Virus record (IMG/VR): IMGVR_UViG_3300028585_000533
Coordinates: 1 to 44,095 of that record
From: a virus
Lineage: Duplodnaviria; Caudoviricetes
Reading direction: 5' to 3' (one strand)
DNA: 44,095 bases
The notes below the pieces were generated by a model. It did not search any database. It was not told where the DNA came from and saw nothing but the letters and a program-made list of their open reading frames with translations. Every line of letters begins with the position of its first letter. The first letter of the stretch is position 1. Positions 7,996 to 16,396 of the stretch are shown piece by piece. Made by a program: the position numbers and the translations under genes.

Positions 7996-9725
7996 CCCGC
8001 ACCTACGGCACCTACGCCTACCTGCCCACCGGGCCCGATGCGCGAGGCCTCGTGGCCTTGGCGGACGCCGGCAAGCCGACCTGGTCGCTTCGGCTGCAGC
8101 CCGCCGTGGCGATCCGCGCCAAGCGCGTCTTCGCTCGCGCGCGCTCGTCCGTCGCGGGCACCGTCACCGTCAGTGCCACCCCTGAGGCAGCTCACGACCT
8201 TGAGTGGTTCATGCAGCGCTTCCCGCTCCTGCCTGCCGATGAGCGCACCGAGCGTACCCTCGCCGCGCACGCTGCCGAGCACGCCCAGCTCGAGCAGCAG
8301 GTCGGCGAGATCCTCGCGGGTAGTCATCAGCCGCAGGCGCTCACCGTCGTGCCCGCCCGTCCGGCACGCGACTACCAGCGCGCGGCCGTCGACCTGCTGC
8401 GGACGACTCGTCGCCTGCTGCTCACCGACGAGGTGGGCCTCGGCAAGACGTTCACCGGTCTGCTCGCCCTCGCTCACGACGATGCTCTGCCCGCCGTCAT
8501 CGTCCCGCCCACGCACCTGCCGTCCCGGTGGGTGACGGAGCTGCAGGAGTCGTTCCCGACGCTCACGTTCGAGGTCGCGAAGGGCACGAAAGTGTCGCCG
8601 GCGTTCGAGGCCGGCCAGCGACCCGACGTGCTCATCGTCCCGTACTCCCGACTTGCCGGCTGGGCGCACCATCTCCGCGGCTGGGCCCGTACCGTCGTCT
8701 TCGACGAGGTGCAGGACCTCCGACGCGGCACCGGATCGCAGAAGGGAACCGCGGCGAAGATGATCGCCGACGCCGCGGAGTACCGCCTCGGGCTCACGGC
8801 GACACCCGTCTACAACTACGGCGGCGAGGTGTGGGAGCTGCTCAACATCCTCGCGGACGGGGTCCTCGGCACGCATGAGGAGTTCATGCGCGAGTGGGGC
8901 GGCAACTGGGGTACCCACACCACCGTGCGCGACCCTGCCGCGCTCGGCGCGTACCTCCGCGAGCAGGGCGTCATGCTCGGCCGCACCCGCAAGGAGGTCG
9001 GCCGCGAGCTGCCGAAGACGATCAAGGTGCCGCAGTTCATCGACGCCGACCCGAAGGCCCTCGAGCAGGTCGCGGGCGACGCCGCCGCGATGGCCCGGCT
9101 GATCCTCGACGACACCGCCACCCGGCAGGAGAAGTTCCAGGCCGCGGGCGACCTGGACTGGAAGCTCCGCGAGGCGACGGGGATCGCGAAGGCGCCCTAC
9201 GTTGCCGAGTTCGTGAGGCTGCTCCTCGAGGCGGAGGGCAAGGTCGTGCTCTTCGGGTGGCACCGGGCCGTGTACGACGTGTGGAACGAGCTGCTGGCCG
9301 AGTACCAGCCGGTCATGTACACGGGGTCGGAGTCGCCGAAGCAGAAGGACGCCGCCGCGGAGGCGTTCGTGCATGGTGACGCTCGGGTGCTCATCATGTC
9401 CCTGCGATCCGGCGCCGGCGTCGACGGCCTGCAGCTCGCGTCGAACGTCGCCGTGTTCGGCGAGCTCGACTGGTCACCCCAGGTGCACGAGCAGGCCATC
9501 GGCCGGCTGCGCCGCGACGGCATGGGGGAGGCCCCGCCCGTCGCGTACTTCCTGAACAGCACCGAGGGTTCGGACCCGGCGCTCATGGAGGCGCTGCAGG
9601 TGAAGCGCAACCAGGCCGAGCCCCTCGTCAGCCGCGACGGCAAGCTCCTGACGAACGCCGTGCAAGACACGACCCGAGCCCGGCAGCTCGCTGAGTACGT
9701 CCTCGCGCTGGCCTCCGCGTCGTGA
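7992..9725 (+). CDS. SNF2-family SF2 helicase
   Basis: RDYQ, DEVGLGKT, DEVQ, TATP, QAIGRLRR motifs; GTGA start at 7992. Confidence 0.9.
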   Translation: MTRTYGTYAYLPTGPDARGLVALADAGKPTWSLRLQPAVAIRAKRVFARARSSVAGTVTVSATPEAAHDLEWFMQRFPLLPADERTERTLAAHAAEHAQLEQQVGEILAGSHQPQALTVVPARPARDYQRAAVDLLRTTRRLLLTDEVGLGKTFTGLLALAHDDALPAVIVPPTHLPSRWVTELQESFPTLTFEVAKGTKVSPAFEAGQRPDVLIVPYSRLAGWAHHLRGWARTVVFDEVQDLRRGTGSQKGTAAKMIADAAEYRLGLTATPVYNYGGEVWELLNILADGVLGTHEEFMREWGGNWGTHTTVRDPAALGAYLREQGVMLGRTRKEVGRELPKTIKVPQFIDADPKALEQVAGDAAAMARLILDDTATRQEKFQAAGDLDWKLREATGIAKAPYVAEFVRLLLEAEGKVVLFGWHRAVYDVWNELLAEYQPVMYTGSESPKQKDAAAEAFVHGDARVLIMSLRSGAGVDGLQLASNVAVFGELDWSPQVHEQAIGRLRRDGMGEAPPVAYFLNSTEGSDPALMEALQVKRNQAEPLVSRDGKLLTNAVQDTTRARQLAEYVLALASAS

Positions 9726-9735
9726 CGGCGTTGAG

Positions 9736-10242
9736 TCAGGGCACGTCGAACGTGAACTGGAGCTCACGGAAGCCCGCGTCGTACCAATGCAACCCGATCG
9801 ACACGCTCGCAGGAGACTCGAAGTCCGCGGCGAAGGTCACGTAGATGCTCCCACCGGGTGGGAGCGTCTCGTCGACGGCCGCGCCGATCGTCGCCACGTT
9901 CGGCTCCGCGACGAGGTTCGTGAACGTCACCACGTAGCCGGTGCGGTTCGTCACCTTCCATCGACTCGAGCTGACTCGTTCGACGCTCCACGGATCCCGG
10001 GCCTCGAGCGCCGCCTCTGCCGCCGCCGCTTGCCGCTCAGCAGCATTTGCGCTCCGTAGGGACGCGTCCGCCGAGTCCTTCGCCGCCCGCAGCGCAGCCG
10101 CTTCATGCTCCCCGGCCGCGGTGCTCGCCGTCACGGCACGCCTCCGCGCTCGACGCGCGTCGATCGCACCGAGAACCGCAACCACTGCCCCGACGACACC
10201 GGTACCAGCCGTCACGAAGTCCACCCACGTCAGCTCATCCAC
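9736..10242 (-). CDS. Leftward single-TM moron protein
   Basis: N-terminal TM, basic patch, Ala-rich coil, beta-rich C-domain; TACTGT-N6-GTG leaderless start. Confidence 0.7.
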   Translation of the reverse strand: MDELTWVDFVTAGTGVVGAVVAVLGAIDARRARRRAVTASTAAGEHEAAALRAAKDSADASLRSANAAERQAAAAEAALEARDPWSVERVSSSRWKVTNRTGYVVTFTNLVAEPNVATIGAAVDETLPPGGSIYVTFAADFESPASVSIGLHWYDAGFRELQFTFDVP

Positions 10243-10267
10243 CCGCCGACAGTAGCGAGAGGCCCAC

Positions 10268-10597
10268 ATGCCTGACCAGCCGACCCATCACTCGGGGGGT
10301 ACCAACTCCGAGAACACCGACACGAACACCCCGGCGCTCGCCGCAGCCGATGTACGGCTCCTCGAGTTCGAGCAGCAATGGCCCACTCCGACGGCAGCAA
10401 AGGAGGGCGCGATCGTGACTGTGCTGCGGATGTCGCGGGTGCGGTACCACCAGCGTCTGCGCCTTCTCGTCGAAGATCCGCGCGCGCTCGCGGCTTTCCC
10501 CGACGTGTGCACCGGCTACCTCGCGAGCCTCGAGCGTGGGCGTGCGCGGCGCGCAGCGCGGTCCGTGGGGCGCGTGGAGGTGCCGGACGCCCTGTAG
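10268..10597 (+). CDS. DUF3263-like protein
   Basis: LLEFEQQW...AKE.AI......RYHQRL..LV.DP.ALA matches the recalled DUF3263 pattern; GAGAGG RBS. Confidence 0.75.
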   Translation: MPDQPTHHSGGTNSENTDTNTPALAAADVRLLEFEQQWPTPTAAKEGAIVTVLRMSRVRYHQRLRLLVEDPRALAAFPDVCTGYLASLERGRARRAARSVGRVEVPDAL

Positions 10598-10654
10598 GCG
10601 TCCCCCCTCGCGGGCACGATCCTCGCATGACCCTGATCGTGGACGGAGCGGCCC

Positions 10655-10918
10655 GTGGCTGACGAGCGCGTGTTCTTCGTGGGAGACCTCGGCACTGACC
10701 ACCTCGGCCACCACGTCGTGGTGGATGTTCCGGCCGAGGCAGCGTTCCCGTGCACGGTCGCGGGGGAGCTGCACGCCGTGCACCACGTGCGCGCCGTGCG
10801 CACCGGCCGGCTCACCACCGTCGTCGCGATCGTCGGGCACGACCCCGAGTCGCCGTGGGGTCCCGAGTGGCGGCCTTTCGTGGTGGACCCCGAGTGGAAG
10901 GTCACGGTGACCCTGTGA
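10655..10918 (+). CDS. Hypothetical protein
   Basis: GGAG RBS, GC3-rich, coupled to the next gene. Confidence 0.65.
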   Translation: MADERVFFVGDLGTDHLGHHVVVDVPAEAAFPCTVAGELHAVHHVRAVRTGRLTTVVAIVGHDPESPWGPEWRPFVVDPEWKVTVTL

Positions 10919-11934
10919 GTGCCCTCGACCGCATCGGTGACGACTTCCCGCATGGCACCCCGGCGGGCTTCGACCAGGGGTGCCGCTCGGGGGGCGGGTG
11001 CCCGGCGTCCCGGGAGACGGGGCAGTCGTGCAAGGCAGCGAAGACCCGCGCGGCCCGTGACTCGCAGTACCGGGACCTCATCGCGTCGGGTGCGCCCGTG
11101 GAGATCCTCGCCCGGCCGGAGCTGCCCGAGCAGGTGCCGACGACTCCTGCCGCGCCTCGCCCGGCCCCGCATGCTGCGACCCCGAAGCTGCTGCAGTCGA
11201 AGCCCACCCCGGAGAAGGCCGCGACGATCGAGCACGGCACCGCGACCGGGTACCGGGCCGGCTGCCGGACCGACTGCCCGGGCGCCGATGACGGCACGAC
11301 GTGCACGCAGGCCGCCGCCGCGGACAAGAAGCGCCGCCGAGAGAACCCGCCGGCACCCCGCCGCGTCGGACGCTCGCACGGCACCCAGTCCGGGTACCAG
11401 GGCGGCTGCCGCGCCCACTGCCCGGGCGGCGAGGACGGCCGCACGTGCAGCGAGGTCGCCGCCGAGGCTCGCCGTGCCGCCGCCGACCGCAAGAAGGCCG
11501 CTCAGGCCACCGTCACCCCTGCGCCGAAGGAGCCCGCATGGCCCGCCACCGACACGACTCCCACGCCGACGCCTTCTCCCGCACCGACGTCACCTTCTGC
11601 CACCGCCTCGACGACGACGCCGCCTGCCGCCCCACCCGCGACCCCGACACCCGCACCGGCTACACCTGGGGCGACGTTCCCCGGCGCCGGCACCCCGCTC
11701 ATCGAGCGGCTGGCCACCTCCGCCGCCACCAAGAACCCCGCCCCGACCCCGCCGGCGGCACCTGGCCCATCCTCCACGTCACCTACCAGTGGCACCCCCA
11801 CCGAGAACCCGCCGCGCTCGCCTCAGCCGGCGACTCCCTTCGATGAGCCGTCTGAGCTACTGCAGATGACGGTTCTCGCTCAGTTCCGGGCCGCGTGGCT
11901 CGACGGATACCGCTACGGAAAGGCCCACTCGTGA
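10915..11934 (+). CDS. Protein with three HGT..G(Y/F)..GCR..C...C zinc-binding-like repeats and a Pro/Thr-rich tail
   Basis: HGTPAGFDQGCR, HGTATGYRAGCR, HGTQSGYQGGCR. Confidence 0.7.
   Translation: MSALDRIGDDFPHGTPAGFDQGCRSGGGCPASRETGQSCKAAKTRAARDSQYRDLIASGAPVEILARPELPEQVPTTPAAPRPAPHAATPKLLQSKPTPEKAATIEHGTATGYRAGCRTDCPGADDGTTCTQAAAADKKRRRENPPAPRRVGRSHGTQSGYQGGCRAHCPGGEDGRTCSEVAAEARRAAADRKKAAQATVTPAPKEPAWPATDTTPTPTPSPAPTSPSATASTTTPPAAPPATPTPAPATPGATFPGAGTPLIERLATSAATKNPAPTPPAAPGPSSTSPTSGTPTENPPRSPQPATPFDEPSELLQMTVLAQFRAAWLDGYRYGKAHS
11538..11846 (+). CDS. Candidate nested (overprinted) ORF, 102 aa
   Basis: AAGGAG-N5-ATG; first ~45 codons almost all end in C or G. Confidence 0.4.
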   Translation: MARHRHDSHADAFSRTDVTFCHRLDDDAACRPTRDPDTRTGYTWGDVPRRRHPAHRAAGHLRRHQEPRPDPAGGTWPILHVTYQWHPHREPAALASAGDSLR

Positions 11935-12647
11935 GGAAGAGCATCTCGCAGCTCGTGACCGTGCTCGTGTCGGATCACGACGAGTTCGTCGGGGGAGTGC
12001 TGCGCACTGAGGAGGCACTTCTAGGGCGTCTGCGCGATGCGGTGACGTCGTCGACGGGCGGGTCCGGGTCGTCGGGCACGTCGTCTCTCGCGTCCGAGCG
12101 CACCACGTTGAACGATGGCGCGTTCGCCCTGTGGGAGGACATCACTGGCCGCATCGCGTCGATGCTCGAGTCCGCGACCGAGGGGGAGAAGGCCACGAAG
12201 GACCCCCGGCGGAACCTGCGCCGCTGGCTCAAGGCGTGGCAGGAGGCGGTGAAGCTCGAGGAGGTTACCGAGACGCAGGAGCTTCACCAGGCCGGGATGC
12301 TGACGCGCATGATCGAGCGCATCCGGGACTTGTTCGACCCGCCGACGGTCAAGGAGATCATGGGCACGTGCCCGTCGTGCCGTCAGCGGTGGTGGTTCAC
12401 CAGCGCCCGGCACGGCACGCGCACGTCGGTGATGCACAGCGTCCTCCGCACCGGGTACCCGGTCGTCGTGTCCTGCTACGACTGCGGTGAGCACTGGACC
12501 GGCGAGCACGAGCTCGCACGCCTCGGCCTCGTCCTCGCCCTCTGGCCCCGCGTCGAGGCCCTGACCACGCACCACGTCACCCTCGGCGGCACCGACCTTG
12601 TCGCCCTGCCCGACGTCCTCGCCCTCTTGCAGGACGTCGCCGGATGA
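11931..12647 (+). CDS. Zinc-ribbon protein, candidate late transcription activator/antiterminator
   Basis: DPP...GTCPSC...CYDCGEHW; function inferred from position upstream of the promoter-terminator module. Confidence 0.6.
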   Translation: MRKSISQLVTVLVSDHDEFVGGVLRTEEALLGRLRDAVTSSTGGSGSSGTSSLASERTTLNDGAFALWEDITGRIASMLESATEGEKATKDPRRNLRRWLKAWQEAVKLEEVTETQELHQAGMLTRMIERIRDLFDPPTVKEIMGTCPSCRQRWWFTSARHGTRTSVMHSVLRTGYPVVVSCYDCGEHWTGEHELARLGLVLALWPRVEALTTHHVTLGGTDLVALPDVLALLQDVAG

Positions 12648-12651
12648 GTAC

Positions 12652-13083
12652 CTACGCGGGGAACGTGGTCTGCGTCACGGGCAACCCGGCTTCCTGCACG
12701 AAGTACTTGCGCGCCTGCTCGGGGGTGATCTCGCCGCGGAGCCACGCCGTCACTGCGGAGTTCATCGCCCCTGCAGACTTTGCGAGCTGCGGCGACCGCG
12801 ACGGCTGCGCGGCGACGATCAGTGCCATTTCGCCCATGGGCCACTCGTCCGGCCGCAGAAGCACCTGGAACTGTGCGATCAACGCCAGGAAGGACGTGTC
12901 GTTGGGGCTGATGACACCCGCGACGACCTTGGGGAACACCTCCCGCAGCTGTTCCTTCCGCCGTCGCTCGCTGCGCAGACGCTCACCGAGAGTCGCGCTC
13001 ACCAGCGGCACCAGTGTGCTCACGACGAGCGTGCTCCCCGCACCGATTGCCGCTCCCCAGAGTGCCGCTTCCCCGCTGTCCAT
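12652..13083 (-). CDS. Leftward single-TM moron protein
   Basis: N-terminal TM followed by ERRRKEQLR; TACGCT-N7-ATG leaderless start. Confidence 0.7.
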   Translation of the reverse strand: MDSGEAALWGAAIGAGSTLVVSTLVPLVSATLGERLRSERRRKEQLREVFPKVVAGVISPNDTSFLALIAQFQVLLRPDEWPMGEMALIVAAQPSRSPQLAKSAGAMNSAVTAWLRGEITPEQARKYFVQEAGLPVTQTTFPA

Positions 13084-13134
13084 GCGCTCGAGCGTAGGGG
13101 ACCACCCTCGTCACACCACGGAAGGACACCGCCC

Positions 13135-13401
13135 ATGAGCCGCCCCCGCACCCCTGAACACTTCCCCCGCATGAAAGTGCGTGGTGGCCGCCGCCGGCAC
13201 CTGCAACGCGCCACCCAACGCGCAACCCTCGCACGTCGCGCCGCGCGCCTGGACTGGGCCACCATCGGTCGGGCCATTCTCGACGGGTTTGCGGCGCTCA
13301 CCGAGGGTGCCGGTGCCGCACTGCTCCTCATGGGCGAGGCGCTGCGACAGGAGCCGCGGCGAGACGATCACGCCCTCGCCGGACCGGGGGAGCGAGCATG
13401 A
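13135..13401 (+). CDS. Hypothetical basic protein
   Basis: GGAAGGA RBS, coupled to the next gene. Confidence 0.6.
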   Translation: MSRPRTPEHFPRMKVRGGRRRHLQRATQRATLARRAARLDWATIGRAILDGFAALTEGAGAALLLMGEALRQEPRRDDHALAGPGERA

Positions 13402-14042
13402 GCACCTGGCCCGACACCCTCAAGCTCGGCCCCATCCGCGAGTGGCCCGGCACCCTCACCGGCGCCGACGTCCGCCAGCGGTCGCCGTTCTCGGCGTCGC
13501 TCACGCAGACGCTGCAGCTGCTCGACCGCGAGATCTACCACCTTGCCCGCACGAGGGCGCACCAGGAGTCCGCCGAGCTCCTCGTCGCCATGCCGCCAGG
13601 GGCGTTCCGCCTCGACGGCCGGCCCCGAGCCGACGCCCGCGCCGAGCACCCCGGCGTCGTCTTCTCGATGGACACCCCGCACGGGCACCTGTCCTACCCG
13701 TGCGACCGGTTCACGACCTGGCAGGACAACCTCCGCGCCATCGCCCTCGCCCTCGAGGCGCTCCGCAAGGTCGACCGGTACGGCGTCACCCGCCACGGCG
13801 AGCAGTACCGCGGGTTCCTCGCCCTCGAAGCCGCCGCCACGCCTGCGGGCTTCACCGCCGCCGACGCCGCCGTGCGTTTCATCCGCGAAACCGCCGACGC
13901 CTACGGGCAGAACCTCACCATCACCGCTGCGCTCCGCCGGGCAAAGCGACGCACCCACCCGGACACCCCCACGGGCGACGCCGCCACCTTCCACCGCGTC
14001 TCCCTCGCAGAGACCACCCTCCGACAGGCAGGACTCCTCTGA
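13398..14042 (+). CDS. Phage protein with C-terminal truncated J-domain (DnaJ-like)
   Basis: LRRAKRRTHPD...GDAATFHRV; DNLRAIALALEALRKVDRYG core. Confidence 0.75.
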   Translation: MSTWPDTLKLGPIREWPGTLTGADVRQRSPFSASLTQTLQLLDREIYHLARTRAHQESAELLVAMPPGAFRLDGRPRADARAEHPGVVFSMDTPHGHLSYPCDRFTTWQDNLRAIALALEALRKVDRYGVTRHGEQYRGFLALEAAATPAGFTAADAAVRFIRETADAYGQNLTITAALRRAKRRTHPDTPTGDAATFHRVSLAETTLRQAGLL

Positions 14043-14491
14043 TGCCCGACCAGCACGAGACCCCGGCGCTCGCCGAGGCCGGCCCGCAGCCCCTCGACCT
14101 CGCCGCGATCCGAGCCCGCGTCGACGCTGCGACACCTGGGCCGTGGGCCATCGTCGAGCGCAACGGCGACCCCATCCGCCGCAAGCTCCGAGGCGCTGAC
14201 AACCGCTTCATCCTCGGGCTCGCGGCTCTGCTCTACCCCGATCCCGCCGATGCCGACTTCCTCACCCACGCCCGAGAGGACGTGCCCGCCCTGCTCGCAG
14301 AGGTGGAGCACCTACAGGGACTCGCAATGGGTCTGTCCATCGACGCCGAGCGCGCCGCCGCTGAGCGCGACGAGCTCGCCGCGCAGGTGAGACAAGCGCG
14401 CGCCGAAGGCTGGGACGAGGGAGCCGAGTACAGCGTCGGCTACTCGACCGCCCCGCTCTACGACAACCCATACCGGGAGGGCCGCTCGTGA
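14042..14491 (+). CDS. Ead/Ea22-like protein
   Basis: LAAIRARVDAATPGPW...DADFLTHAREDVPALLAEVE. Confidence 0.7.
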   Translation: MPDQHETPALAEAGPQPLDLAAIRARVDAATPGPWAIVERNGDPIRRKLRGADNRFILGLAALLYPDPADADFLTHAREDVPALLAEVEHLQGLAMGLSIDAERAAAERDELAAQVRQARAEGWDEGAEYSVGYSTAPLYDNPYREGRS

Positions 14492-14967
14492 CCGGCTGCG
14501 ACGACACGGACAGCACGTCGAGGGACTTCACGGTCGACAACGCAAGCCGTCCCTGGGACGCGAGAGACGACGCAGGGTACGAGCACCTGGCCCTCCCTGA
14601 CGACGAGGACGAAGAGACTCTCGCGCTCGCCGAAGCGACCCCTGGGGCTCGTGTCTCGTACACGGGGACGCTGGACCCGTCGTTCGTGGCGTCTCGTCAC
14701 TGGGAGGCGGTGAAGGCCGCGGTGGTGGCACTGCTGGCCGGGCAGGGGGTGCACGTCGACTTGTCACGGGTGCCGCGGTACGCCGGTCTGAGGATCGACC
14801 GGGGGAGCATCACGGTCCGCACCGTGCGCCAGGACGACGGCGGGCACGTCGTTTTCGCGCCGCACGGCCCCGACGGTCCCGACTACGCCCGCGCCGGCGT
14901 CGTCACCGACGAGCACACGTACCCGCTGCCCGAGGGGCACACCGGCTGGATCGAAGTCACCGCATGA
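14488..14967 (+). CDS. Hypothetical protein
   Basis: GGGAGG RBS, coupled. Confidence 0.65.
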   Translation: MTGCDDTDSTSRDFTVDNASRPWDARDDAGYEHLALPDDEDEETLALAEATPGARVSYTGTLDPSFVASRHWEAVKAAVVALLAGQGVHVDLSRVPRYAGLRIDRGSITVRTVRQDDGGHVVFAPHGPDGPDYARAGVVTDEHTYPLPEGHTGWIEVTA

Positions 14968-15200
14968 CCAGCCCACGCCCCGCCGCCACCAGCGCACTCG
15001 TCCCCGGGCACACCCTCGTCGCCGAAGGCAAGCCATACCAGCAGACACCCGGGTACGCCGGCACCCCCGTCTGGACCCGCGTCACCACCTCCCGCCGCGG
15101 ACACGCCCTCTGCTCCTGCGGCACCACCTCCGACGAGCTCCCCTCCACCGGCCAACGCAAGCAGTGGCACCGTCAGCACAAGGCACGCGTGACCACATGA
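14964..15200 (+). CDS. Small putative zinc-binding protein
   Basis: H...CSCG...WHRQH. Confidence 0.65.
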   Translation: MTSPRPAATSALVPGHTLVAEGKPYQQTPGYAGTPVWTRVTTSRRGHALCSCGTTSDELPSTGQRKQWHRQHKARVTT

Positions 15201-15385
15201 CCCCACCCCGACGAACCACGGCGCTCGCCGGGGGTGCCGCGTGCATCCGTGCTCGGCATCGCACCCGGCAGGACCGCAACGTGCGCACGCTCGACGACGG
15301 GACGCAGGTCCACGCTGTTCACTGCGAGCAGCAGGGCTGTCCACGCGAGGGGCAGGTAATCGCGCACCGGCCGACCCGCTCGTGA
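15197..15385 (+). CDS. Small Cys/His protein
   Basis: ATGA coupling; C...H...HCEQQGC. Confidence 0.55.
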   Translation: MTPPRRTTALAGGAACIRARHRTRQDRNVRTLDDGTQVHAVHCEQQGCPREGQVIAHRPTRS

Positions 15386-15403
15386 GGATCTGGGCCGTGA
15401 GAC

Positions 15404-15434
15404 TTGACACGCGTCGCCATTTTCGTGCTAGCGT
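15404..15434 (+). promoter_or_regulatory. Probable late promoter
   Basis: TTGACA-N19-TAGCGT with extended -10 TG, in an intergenic gap. Confidence 0.65.
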
Positions 15435-15469
15435 GCACCTCACGGCCCAGGACTCTGTCTAGGGCCAGA

Positions 15470-15508
15470 AAAACCGCCTCGACCTCGTCGAAGGCGGTTT
15501 TGTCGTTT
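15470..15508 (+). terminator. Intrinsic terminator just after the late promoter
   Basis: AAAACCGCCTCGAC-CTC-GTCGAAGGCGGTTTTGTCGTTT. Confidence 0.85.
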
Positions 15509-15890
15509 CAGGGCTCCTGCGAGCATCCTCGCGCCCCTCCGGTGCTGATCCTCCGGACGACAGAGCATGGATCCGGCCGGGCGCAAGATTGCACGAGGCT
15601 GAGCGACCCGGCCCCCCCTCACCACCGACGCACCGCACGCCGACACACACCCCCATCGGCTGACTCTCTCGCCCAGCTCGGAGCTTCTCCGACGTGGCGA
15701 ACGCGGGCCCAGCACACCACGGAACCGCGGTGATGCGATCGTGCGTCGGCACCTCTTCGAGCAGGCCCGTCAACGGGAAGTGATCTCACCGAAGGCCGCC
15801 CATGACGCAGCCAAGGGCCGAGGCGGGCGCGCACTGCGCGCATCTGCGGGCCTGCTCGAAGCCACACCCCGCCACCTTGGAGGCCTGCTC

Positions 15891-16085
15891 GTGCACATCG
15901 TCCTCGTCATCTTCGGCGCGCTCCTCGCCCTCGTCGGCGTCGTGTTCACCGCAGCGTCCGCCGCCGGGTTACGGCAGCAACACCTCGCGGGCACGTCCAC
16001 CGCGGGCCCAGTCGTCGGCATCAGCCTCGGGGCGGTCATCGCCCTGGGCGGCGCGGCTCTCATCGTTGCCGGGGCGCAGTCGTGA
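15891..16085 (+). CDS. Two-TM membrane protein
   Basis: GGAGG RBS before GTG 15891; two hydrophobic helices. Confidence 0.7.
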   Translation: MHIVLVIFGALLALVGVVFTAASAAGLRQQHLAGTSTAGPVVGISLGAVIALGGAALIVAGAQS

Positions 16086-16396
16086 GCGACGACGTCGCGA
16101 CGTGCCTCCGCAAGATCGTCGCCGAAGAGCGTGCTCGCGAGATGGTCATGGACGGCGAGCAGGCGTACTACCACCTGCTGGACAGGGTCGAAGCGCTCAC
16201 GGGCCCCGATGCTCTCGTCGCTGCCATCGCGCAGCTGACGCACCAGGTCGAGCGCATCGCAGATCAGGGCGTCGAGGCTGACGTGCACGTCACGATCGAG
16301 AAGGTCCTCGAGGCGTGGGAGGCGATCGGGCAGCGGTCGCAGCAGCACTTGCCGGTCGAGTTCCTCGACAAGCTCGGGGTGGTGGTCGACTCGTGA
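16082..16396 (+). CDS. Hypothetical helical protein
   Basis: Coupled, GC3-rich. Confidence 0.65.
   Translation: MSDDVATCLRKIVAEERAREMVMDGEQAYYHLLDRVEALTGPDALVAAIAQLTHQVERIADQGVEADVHVTIEKVLEAWEAIGQRSQQHLPVEFLDKLGVVVDS

Noticed and set aside
12644-13138. Plus-strand 164-aa ORF that tiles the operon by ATGA overlaps
   Set aside because: Antisense to moron 2, with Cys/Ser-rich shadow-like composition; not fully excluded, since both ends are coupled
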